From: Wallemia ichthyophaga EXF-994
Taxonomy: Eukaryota > Fungi > Basidiomycota
DNA: 32,000 bases
Reading direction: 5' to 3'
Assembly: GCF_000400465.1 (NCBI RefSeq)
Contig: NW_008806294.1
Location: 60,001 to 92,000 of the forward strand
In this document: piece by piece, positions 1 through 9,312 of the stretch
Numbering within the stretch: position 1 is the first letter of the stretch
Layout of the letters: every line of letters starts with the position of its first letter
Notes under the pieces: model-generated
Database searches by the model: none
The model's input: the letters and a program-made list of their open reading frames with translations, nothing else
What the model was told of the DNA's origin: nothing
Position numbers and translations under genes: made by a program

Positions 1-1080
1 TCGCCTGGTCGCCCTTCTCCACGCCCATACTCGCCAGTGCGGCGCGCGATGGCTGTGAGTGAAGATCGAGGTGCTTCGTACGACACTCACGCTTCTCTGC
101 CAGCCATTCGGATCTGGGATGCACGGACGCGGTGTCGGGGTGCGAGTGCAGTGGTCAGCGAGGCACGCAATGCACACGACTCACACGACCCATCCGAGCT
201 AGACAGCCTGCTCACTATTGATAGGGCTCACGCATCTCTCTCCGAGCAGCGCAAACGGAGCAGCATCGGCAGGAGCATCACCCGCTCTGTAACTTCCATC
301 ACCTTCCTACATACGCGCGACAACACTCTCGCTAGCGCTGGCTCAGCTAATGGCTCAGTCAAGCTGTGGGATGTGCGCGGCGCGAGCTCGAGCTGTCGAC
401 AGACTACAGGTAGTGGTGCAGACACATCTACACAAAGCAAACAAAGCAAACAAAGCAAACAAGCCAAGGTGAAAAACAGACCGCTCGCTGAAACACCCGA
501 CATGACTCAGAGTGACAGCGGGAGTGGCAGCCGACGACCGCATGGCGTTGCGCATATGGTCTCGGATGGGCAGTGGTTGTGGACTCTATGTACGAATTCC
601 ATGTGAGTTGCATATTGAGAAACTGGCTAACTGGGCAACTAAGGCACACCCCACTAACATCTCTACCCAGCATCTACGGCTATCCGGCGAACAACCTAGA
701 CAGTAAAGTAGACGCACCGATCCAGTTGTCAGATCCGGATATGCAGTGCGCATCTTTCTGGGTCCGGCTGGCTATTAGTCCCGATGCGCGCTATTTGAGC
801 TGCGGGAGTACTAATGGCAAGGTGTTCAGCTGGGATATCGCCAACAGCAAGAGGATGAAAAGGTCGCAAGGGAAGGCCATCCATTTTACACATGCTAGAC
901 AGGACCTCCTCTCACAACTCAATCAGCCCGCTAGCGCGGAAGTGGGATCACTCGATTGGGCAGACGATGTGGTGCGTGCTTGTTGCTTGTCGTGACACCC
1001 TCTCTAATCTCGTAACTCATGCACAGCTCGCTACCTGCTCGGATGATATGACTGTGCGTCTCTGGAGACCTCGGCCGTAG
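1..1080 (+). CDS. CDT2: WD40-repeat protein, Cdt2/DTL (denticleless)-like; 3' part, runs off the left edge
   Basis: WD40 motifs AIRIWDAR, SVKLWDVR, FWVRLAISPDARYLSCGSTNGKVFSWDI and LATCSDDMTVRLWRP resemble the DTL/Cdt2 repeats. Introns 603-670 (GTGAGT..CTAAC..CAG) and 972-1026 (GTGCGT..CAG) join three ORF-track frames. The frame is open back to base 1. Confidence 0.72.
433..459 (+). repeat. 9-bp tandem repeat (CAAAGCAAA)x3 encoding QSK repeats in a low-complexity loop of the WD40 gene
   Basis: Read directly: copies at 433-441, 442-450 and 451-459. Confidence 0.9.
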
Positions 1081-1105
1081 TTTTCATATAGTTTTCATAT
1101 AGTTT
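1080..1105. repeat. 11-bp tandem repeat (GTTTTCATATA)x2+ in the shared 3' region of CDT2 and TAD1
   Basis: Read directly: copies at 1080-1090 and 1091-1101, plus a partial GTTT. Confidence 0.85.
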
Positions 1106-1164
1106 ACTTTATTCTACTTTACTTTACGCTGTTGACGCTGTTTAACTTGTTAGTTCTCTCATCG

Positions 1165-2925
1165 CTAATTTATATCCATTCTGCCATTTACATTTCCATC
1201 ACTATTGATGCGCCCCTCGCTGTCGAAATGGGCATGCTTCGGATGAGTCACTATCCACTCGGAGAAGAGGGATGGCGGAGTGCGGAGGAGGTGTTTCAGA
1301 CGGCGGTAAGTGTTGGATGCTTCCGAGTGCTTGAGTTGGAAGTAAGTGGGGTTGGTATTGTCGTCGGCGTCATCCTCCTTGCCGCTCTTTACGTCACTCT
1401 CCCTCTCCCTCTCTCCTTTCTTCACGCTCTTAACTCCCTTCACACATTCCAGACTGAGATAGTGCCGCATCAGGTCTAATCTGCACAAACGGGATCTGCG
1501 GGTGTTGGTGAGTGAGTGTGCGAGTGAGTGTGATTGAGGATGCAAATTTTCACTCCCCACTCACCTGTATTTCCACCAGTACGGCCCGCCGCCGCGGCGT
1601 CGGAAGTTGCCGTTCTTCAGACCCCCTATCACCAATTCTGTCTGTAGGGGTGAATCGCCTGCTACGTAGTTGGCGCAGTGCATGGCGGGAAGTACGGGTG
1701 GGTGTGGGTGTTCGTTCGCATCTTGGCTTGAACTTGCACGTGCACGCGCTTCCACCTCCTCCTTGGCGTGGCAGAAACGCACCTCCGTGAATGCGATCAC
1801 CGGTCTGTGCAAGTGCAAGTGCAAGTGCAAGTGGTCTGTTGGCGTATCCAAGCGCGATGGGCTAGCTTGAGCGCTTTCCTTCGCGCTCTCTCGCACGCTT
1901 TCCTCCACGCGTAGATAGAGTGAGCGGTGGCATTCAGAGAGGTACTTTTGGCGCCCCTCCCCATCCACACTGCTGACACCGCCGATAACAATATTGTGGA
2001 TGTACACCGGCTGCATGATATTCGCAAGCAGGCCCCCCTGCACGCCTAAGAGGGTGTATGTAGCCAGTTTGTCGGAACAGCTGAGACTGTTGGTGGATCC
2101 GGCATCGGCGCGGCCTGTGGAGGTGTGAGTGTGAGAGTGTATTGTGCAAGTGTGGTTCTAAGTACCTGGCTTGGTTCGTATTGAACCTCTTTTCGTGTAG
2201 TCCATTCTTCCGCGCGTTACAGAAGTGGCAGTGGCTTCACTCGCTGCACTCGCTGCACCCGCTGCACCCGCAACCCCATCGAAACCCCTCAAGGCTGGTA
2301 TCGCACTGTAGTATGCGGCTTCTTGTGCATCCTGGCTGTCAGCCGTGTGTGCCATCGACGCATCTCCACATGGCAGAGCAGATATGTAGAGATATACTTG
2401 TACACCAGCCTTGAATGAGTGTTTGGGGGTGCGCGTAGTGTGTGTTTTTTGCTCGTTGTGCTCGCTGTAATCGAGATACGCCGACGAATTTCCCGCCTCA
2501 ATACTAGAAAGCTCATTGAGGATCCACTTGGCCAAGCCGCGCTTTGCTAGTATTTCAGCGTGGGTATCGTGCAGCATCTGACAACCGACGTCATCAGATT
2601 TCGTTTGTTTGTGTATCGTGCACACCCACATCTCCGTGCAGCGGAATTCTAGACGCAGGCAGGCATTTCATACCGACGCCGGCAGAGACGCAGTTCAAGT
2701 GTTCGTCCTCCACCGATTGCAGCACAAATCCAGCCAAAATAGTCCCTAGAAGTGGATAAGCGCGTGAGTACGCCGGGGACGTGAGTATGGGTATGTGAAT
2801 CTGTGCCACGCCCACTCACATTCCAGAGCACCATTTGGACGTATGTCAGGGCGCAGACGGGCTGGAAAAGATTTGTAGACGTCGTTCACACTGCGCGCTA
2901 TATCGTCGGGCGTGGCTCGAGTCAT
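1165..2925 (-). CDS. TAD1: tRNA-specific adenosine deaminase 1 (ADAT1/Tad1, A_deamin domain)
   Basis: Start MTRATPDD at 2925. Motifs: EWTILAGFV, GMKCLP, LHDTHAEILAKRG (HAE zinc/catalytic), YLYISALPCGDAS, IRTKPGRAD, SCSDKLA, SRLCRLDL. Introns 2819-2746, 2629-2578, 2165-2115 and 1564-1496 all keep the frame. Confidence 0.92.
1807..1833. repeat. Hexamer microsatellite (GTGCAA)x4.5 encoding a His-Leu repeat inside TAD1
   Basis: Read directly; translates on the minus strand as HLHLHLHLH. Confidence 0.85.
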
Positions 2926-3023
2926 GGTTGTAGACCACAGCAGCAGTCCACGGCACAGAGCGTGTGCCTCGCCCACCAATAACTTCCCCGCATCGCAAAC
3001 AAAGTCCTTGCTCCGCTCCCACC

Positions 3024-4728
3024 ATGGCCAGATTGAAACGCAAAGAGCCGCAGAGACAGACAAAGAATAGCCGCAAGTGCAGCAAGCAGCCAACGTCTAT
3101 GCCTGGATTGGGAACGCTAAACGCAGACATCATTATAAACATTATCGATCAAGCACACAGAGTTGGTCTGTATGACATAAGCCACTTGATATCGCAGCTC
3201 AATCGACATTTGTACGGGATCGTCTACTCGTACCATCGCTGTGGGTGGCTGCTGTGATATGCGTACGCCTCTCACTCCTCCCAAAGCCTTCTCGGCTCTC
3301 AGCCTCGACGTCGACGGCAGCGCAGCCAAAGTCATTGGCAAATTCGCTTTCAACCAGCTCAGAGGGAAGAGGGATAGCATTGATCGTCTCAGTCTTAATG
3401 TCAAGGCGAGCGCTGTACTCGATACTCTGTACAGTACCGGCATGTTCGACCTTATCAAACAGCGCATCGGCGACTGTACAGGCATACTACAACACCTACA
3501 TCTCAATATCTACGACGGAAAGTCACAGAAGCTATGCATACCCGCTAAACACGTCTCTATGGTTGCTAGCCCTACTTACGACAGCTACCCACTCTTGCAG
3601 GGTTTCAGCAACGCCACTTGGAATAAAAGCATAAAATCTCTCACACTCACTAACGTCGATTTTTCACCTGGTGCTATCAGCCGTCTTTCCGAATGGCCCG
3701 AGTGTCAAGATATCTGCCTCGAATACAATGGCATTGTCGCTCCACGTAGTTCGTCTTCCCCCTTCTTCCGCAGAAACAGTGGCGGTATTTCTACAACCAT
3801 ACTCACTATTGCCGACGGCTGCAGTTCCCTCCACAGCCTCTCCATCGTCAACTCGACATATGCCAATTTCTTTGAGACGGACAAGACTAAATATGGCTAC
3901 CTTGCGTCAATGTACTCACTTAAAGAGTTGCACATAGTCCGGGTCAATACCTTCACACTCCGAATTTACACACCTAATCTCGAAAAATTAAAGTTGGAAT
4001 GCTGTACCGACCTCGACGCCCAAATCAGGAAACTGAGTCCATCAATCACATACCTCTCCATTGCCTATGGCTCATTCAAAAAGATGCCCCGCTTCATCCG
4101 TTCAGATCTCGCCAAACTGGATAAGCTCCGTTCGTTGGATGTTTCATATACGCAGGATGAATTTATACAGTTTTTCTTCAAAGACAAGAAGTACATTAGG
4201 GCATTGAGCTCACTAGTACATCTTAATGTCAGTGGAACTGTGGTGAATGGGGAGCATCTCTACGATTGCGTTGCTAAACTTAAACTCGATCAACTCGTTG
4301 GAATCGATTGTCCATTCATAGACAAATCAGATCAGTACGCGCTTTCGAAGAAAATCAAGATTGTCTGGTTGGATAAAGTTAAGAAGGGATTTCAGTATGA
4401 CGACGATATAGTCTTCGATAGAGTGCATACAGCCGCAATAAGAGATATGGGTCGCCGATCGAATGAAGCGTCTGATTCAGAGTCGGAAGCTGAGTCGTAT
4501 GTATCAGATGCCGAGGAGGCAGATTCCAAATCTTCTATTGGATCTGATGGAGAGGCTCAAGTAGAAGTGGAGGAGGATGAATACGAGAGTGGGCTCGAAA
4601 GCGAAGCTGATGTCAAGCCTATAATAGCACAAGAACCAGCGAGAGTCAGAGGGAGTAATTCACGATACGATTGGCGCAGACGTGAGCCGCCATCACCACC
4701 CATTACCCGTAGCAGCACGACAAGATGA
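3024..4728 (+). CDS. F-box-like / leucine-rich-repeat (RNI-like) protein with acidic C-terminal tail
   Basis: ATG 3024 (MARLKRKE). F-box-like segment LGTLNADIIINIIDQ..DISHLISQLNRHLYGIV. Intron 3241-3286 (GTGGGT..CTCAC..AAG) joins it to the 495-aa ORF, which has LRR-type repeats (LHSLSIVN, LKELHIVR, LEKLKLEC, LRSLDVSY, LVHLNVSG). Confidence 0.65.
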
Positions 4729-5130
4729 TATACCACAACGCAAGCATTCCCTTAAACAGATGAAGCATGAGTAGCACAAGTAAAACAAGTAACAAGCATA
4801 CCGATCACACTAAATCTCAATCTCAATAATCTCATTAGTGTCAAACTCAATAGCAAACCCATTCACAAATCAAACAAAGCAAAGCAAAGTAAATGACAGC
4901 ATGTTTTGCTCATCTCTGTAATTTTAATCATTGTAACAATTCTCAATGCATCATATTCAATTTGAAGACTGTAACGGTGTTGGAGGAGCTGCGAGAGATG
5001 GAGGTAGACGGCGACATCGATGGCTACTATAGCACACATTGGGGTGCTAGGAAATGTATAAAAATTTAAAACATGTCGAGACGTTGAGTTCCCAGCGTCA
5101 CTGACTTCTTAACACCAACGGTCAACTGAA

Positions 5131-5942
5131 ATGGGGGACAGCAACGAATTCAACAACGAGTACAACAATCCAACGAATGAGGAGCCAACGTTTGAGGAGG
5201 ACGACGAGGACAAGGTGGGCTGGCTGTGTGCTCTACGCTGCGTCTGCAACTCACACCGCCTTAGGAAATTGCAGTGATGAAAGAACGGGTGAAGCAAATG
5301 GAGGAGGAAGCAGCCAGGCTGCGTGAAGTGCAAGAGTCTAATGAAAACGGAGAGCAGCAGCAGCAGCAGCAGACGGCGCAGAACACCCAGGAATCACAAC
5401 AAGACCCACAACAGAGCGAAGACGCCGGCGCTGGTGAGCAGCAGCAGGATCCTTTCGGAGCCGGTGACGAGGATATGCAGGAGTCGGCTGAGGATGTCGA
5501 CGGCAGGTCTGTCTATGTTGGAAATGTGGGTTTGTGCTCTGCGATAAAGCAACGCCGTTAACAGCTTCCGCTATCGCAGGTTGATTACAGCGCTACACCG
5601 GAAGATTTACAAAAACACTTTGCAGCGTGTGGCACTATCAACCGCGTCACCATCCTCTGCGATAAGTTCAGCGGTCATCCTAAAGGTTACGCGTATATTG
5701 AATTCGCTGAGCCGGCCTTGGTGGAAAATGCTAGTGCGCTTAATGAGAGTTTGTTCAAGGGCAGACTGATCAAGGTTGTCGGTGGGTGGCACTTGACGCG
5801 TTATAGCACAAAACTCACACTCCACACAGCAAAAAGGAAGAACGTCCCCGCTTTCGCACTCAAGCGTGGCAGAGGCAGAGGTAGAGGCAGAGGTTTCCGC
5901 GGTAGAGTGTTCAGAGGCAGAGGTAGAGGATCCTTCTATTAG
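5131..5942 (+). CDS. PAB2: Nuclear poly(A)-binding protein (PABPN1/Pab2/Sgn1 family): acidic N-terminus, coiled coil, single RRM, RG-rich tail
   Basis: [17 protein letters not shown] coiled coil. RRM: [44 protein letters not shown]-terminal RGRGRG. Introns 5215-5264, 5526-5579 and 5782-5829. Confidence 0.9.
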
Positions 5943-5981
5943 ATAATATTCTGTGTATCAAATATTTATTTAAACCGATTG

Positions 5982-6455
5982 CTATGCGATTGTTTGATGA
6001 ACTGACTTGATCTTGTCGTGCTGTGCGATTTCACTCGCTGATTGGAATATGCCCTGTCCCCATCCCATTCTGAAGGTGTTTGCTTCCGAGACAACCTCGA
6101 CAATCTCACTCTCGAGCTCCTTCTCCGCTGCCTGGATCTGCTGCAGGAGTTGGTCACCTACTTGTCCCCTCTGTATCAATGTCACTAGGGCCACTTTATC
6201 ATCTCTCATCTTCCAGATCCTCTTGACGTCCTCGACTGCTCTGCGTATGAGTGCACACTTGAGCACTATCTCCTCAGTATCCGCTTGCTGAAGCAGCGTT
6301 ATGTACGTTGATCTCTCTATATGTGGCTCAAACCAGCTGTCAGAGATCAAGTCGATCGAGGATTTTACGTTGGATGATCTGTATATTTTACTGAATAAAG
6401 ATAATGGTAGTATGAGCAGAACTAGATAGATTATTGGTATCAATATTGAATTCAT
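5982..6455 (-). CDS. SEC66: ER translocation protein Sec66/Sec71
   Basis: N-terminal TM (IPIIYLVLLILPLSLFSKIYR), then WFEPHIER, LKCALIRRAVEDVKRI, RGQVGD and EIVEVVSEANTF..GWGQGIFQSASEI, all characteristic of Sec66. Confidence 0.88.
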   Translation of the reverse strand: MNSILIPIIYLVLLILPLSLFSKIYRSSNVKSSIDLISDSWFEPHIERSTYITLLQQADTEEIVLKCALIRRAVEDVKRIWKMRDDKVALVTLIQRGQVGDQLLQQIQAAEKELESEIVEVVSEANTFRMGWGQGIFQSASEIAQHDKIKSVHQTIA

Positions 6456-6584
6456 TTGGTTGTTGAGATGATGGACGTTGAGGATATCGATCCTGACACG
6501 CTGAGAAGACGCGGATTAATGTGATTCGGGGGATTATAATGGGAATTACAAGTCTACGATTACACTTCAAATTGATCTCGCACC

Positions 6585-6592
6585 CTTTTATA
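6585..6592 (-). promoter_or_regulatory. TATA box (TATAAAAG) upstream of SEC66
   Basis: Perfect TATAWAWR match about 130 bp upstream of the SEC66 ATG; motif match only. Confidence 0.45.
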
Positions 6593-6741
6593 TCCAGGTT
6601 AGCCACGGAAACGTTAATAATTGGGGAATGGAATGTTGTGTCACGAGTAACTTAGTTTGGCATGAATATGAATCATTTGTAATTTAACATTTCAATATTT
6701 TAATATCTCACCCAGGCACTACATCACCAAAAACCCAACAA

Positions 6742-7110
6742 ATGGCACCAGCACTAGACCACCCTTCCACACCCACCAGCAAACGTCAGCTAGCTATTCC
6801 AGCCACAGGGAATAATGAAAGAGAAGGAACAGCCAACTCTCCATTTAATGATCTACCCGCGGATATTGATTTGAGCATCCTTCAAGATCCTCCGCCACAA
6901 CCACTCACTCCAGACACAGACTATTGTCAAGCGCTGCTCAGCAAGGGCCCGCCACTCGGTCGTCAGTTTATCGATTGCTTGCAAGACGCTTCCACTCCCC
7001 AAGTCACCGCGTCAGCCGTGATGGGTGTCATTTCCATCATCTTGAGCTTGTGTGTCGTCGTACGCATCGTGCGCAAGTCCATCAAGATACAGCTGCGCGT
7101 TATACGCTGA
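6742..7110 (+). CDS. Hypothetical Pro-rich protein with one C-terminal transmembrane segment
   Basis: 122-aa ATG ORF in AAATGG context. Hydrophobic VMGVISIILSLCVVV is followed by basic RIVRK. No family recognised, and both ends may be spliced. Confidence 0.45.
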   Translation: MAPALDHPSTPTSKRQLAIPATGNNEREGTANSPFNDLPADIDLSILQDPPPQPLTPDTDYCQALLSKGPPLGRQFIDCLQDASTPQVTASAVMGVISIILSLCVVVRIVRKSIKIQLRVIR

Positions 7111-7581
7111 TGCGCTGATGCGTTACTAACTTCATGCGCTACTGCGCTCGAAAGGCATTTCAAGTTGTCCTTTCACTAGACACCAAGATCCATAGACTTT
7201 AACATACCCTTCCCAACTCTGTACTATAATGCAATATGCACAAGACACGATACCCATTGCACATTTCTCATGCTTGGATTGAGATTAAATTTGAGAGTGT
7301 AAATGAAAATATACTTTTCGTTATCTTTTCTTTGCCGCATATCCCGCCAATTGTCGCAAAACGCGGAAAGTGAAGTGAACAGCGATTTTGATGTCGTTGA
7401 AAGAATCAATATCATAACTCGGGTTTCACAAGCTTGATCAGTCTTTGAACGAGAAAAGATTTTTCAAAATTGTTTTCAAAATTTTTGCAGCTTGTCCTTT
7501 GTAAAATTATACATAGCTGTTTATATTACTACAAATTTTATAGATACTTTATGCAAAATGGCTCAGCGGATTCCGCTCATC

Positions 7582-7653
7582 AGCTTCGTGGCCAAGAGGA
7601 ATGGCGTTGGGCTCATAACCCAAAGATCCCCGGATCGAAACCGGGCGAAGCTA
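7582..7653 (+). tRNA. IMT: Initiator tRNA-Met (CAT), 72 nt, no intron
   Basis: Acceptor stem AGCTTCG/CGAAGCT with A1:U72. D-arm GCCA/TGGC. Anticodon stem TTGGG/CCCAA with three G-C pairs and loop CTCATAA. T-arm CCCGG-ATCGAAA-CCGGG with A54/A60. These are the eukaryotic initiator hallmarks. Confidence 0.96.
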
Positions 7654-7656
7654 ATA

Positions 7657-7676
7657 TTTTTTCATTTCTTTTTTTT
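7657..7676 (+). terminator. RNA polymerase III terminator (T6 then T8 runs)
   Basis: TTTTTT at 7657-7662 and TTTTTTTT at 7669-7676, immediately 3' of the tRNA. Confidence 0.85.
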
Positions 7677-7954
7677 ATTGTCAATAAAAATTATCGAATC
7701 CTAGCTGGTGCGTTATACCTATCCGGAATCCCAACACATTAAATTAGCTTTACTTTAATTATTAACAAGACATATATACAGCATGCTATTTTCACATAAT
7801 CAAGACATAAAATGACATACTTAAGATATAAAGTTGAAAGGGTGGCGAGTATAAGTATTATTAGCGTGAAGTTAATAAATTACCAAAAAAATACCATTTC
7901 GAAGTGAAATAAAGAAGTCGTAAGATACAAGACACCCCTAAAAATACATCACAC

Positions 7955-9107
7955 TCAAGTAGGCATGGTGACTTTTTCCTGTTGAGCCTCTTGCTGTGGA
8001 GGAAGGGGCTGAGTCTGTTGATACTGCTGAGGCTGTGGAATTTGTGAAGGAGGAGGTTGATATTGTTGAAATTGAGATTGAGCTTGTATACCAGTAGTGG
8101 GTGTTGCAGAAGGTACCTCCTTGCGTGGAAGTGTGTATGGCTGTGAGACACCCTGATTGCCTAGCTCCTGTCCCTCAAGTGCCGCTCCTCTACTGCCTAC
8201 GCCAGGAACGTACGATGCAAAAATAGGTATGTAGACAAACATCAAAACAACCTGGATGCAGAGATCGAGCACACCATAAAAAACAGCTTCAGCAGTGACA
8301 GTGATGACGTTGCCAAGTTCGCTCACTCCAGCTGCTATAATGTAGAGCAGGTAGATGATAAGATACCACCCCGCAGCGGCGTAGTAGGTGCCTGTCTGGA
8401 CTATGTTACCTCTGCTGCCCAATGCCTGAGTGCCTTGGTAGAGCAACACGGCCCTGTCCATGAAGACGCGTTAGCAGCGCAGTCGGAGATACTCTCTACC
8501 CACCAAACATTAAACTCTAACACCACTCCCATTGTGAACAAACCCCATTTGTACTGGTCGCTGATAAGTGCAGCGAGAAGCATGCATACCCAGAAATAGA
8601 TCTGCGTGAACATCCCAAACAGAATAATTTCGACATTTGCACCCGTGCCAAGAAGTAGGACGAGAAGGTAGACTGGCGATACGAGGATCTGTTGGACGAA
8701 ACGAGGGTACTATGAATTGCTTGATTAGACACATAGCAGCTGCAGAACATTCGCCCACATTGATCTGGCGTGTTCCACCAAATTCCAAACTATCATCGCG
8801 TGGCCACTGGGCTTCAATTGCCACCCAGCCAAGCCCACTAGCAAGCAGATAGTACGTTATGAAAGAAATATGGAAAATAACAAACGCTAATGCCCACAAT
8901 CCCCTGACATAGCGTTTGCTAAAATAAACGAGGAAAAGGGCAGCGATGCCAGACGCGCCAAAAAACGAATAGACAGCCCATTGAAAAGAGCTACCTGGCT
9001 TGGTGAGGTGTATGTCGACAAAGTCAAATGGATGTTGCTCAAGCGCCTGCAATTTTTAGATGTGCATCAGATACAAAGCTAACTCTACTCACTTGGTTTC
9101 CAGACAT
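7955..9107 (-). CDS. Fungal opsin-related protein (Hsp30/Yro2/FDD123-like, microbial rhodopsin fold) lacking the Schiff-base lysine
   Basis: MSGNQ|ALEQHP..DIHLTKPGSSFQWAVYSFFG, GLGWVAIE, RQIN|YPRFVQ, YKWGLF, EAVFYGVLDL: seven hydrophobic segments in fungal-opsin order. Introns 9092-9047, 8758-8710 and 8503-8454. Gln/Pro-rich tail. Confidence 0.85.
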
Positions 9108-9312
9108 TGCTGTAAATAATCGTCGATGGTAAAGAAGCTTCTGCACACTTAATCAGCATTTTAAATGTAGCTGTGGGAATTCGGAAGCGAGTGACTTCAC
9201 TGAAAACTTTCACTAATCCAGACTGAGTTGGGTTAAAGCAAGTACCATAAATTAACGTTGATTACATTTCTTTTGTTGTGTGTCTTTGTGCTTGTGTCTT
9301 AATGACCTTTGT

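Noticed and set aside
1132-1479. 115-aa hydrophobic plus-strand ORF resembling a membrane protein
   Set aside because: Antisense to the last TAD1 exon; the hydrophobicity comes from the complement of E/K/D codons.
4998-5069. 23-codon ORF upstream of PAB2 as a possible uORF
   Set aside because: It probably lies upstream of the TATA-like TATAAAAA/TSS region, and there is no evidence it is transcribed.
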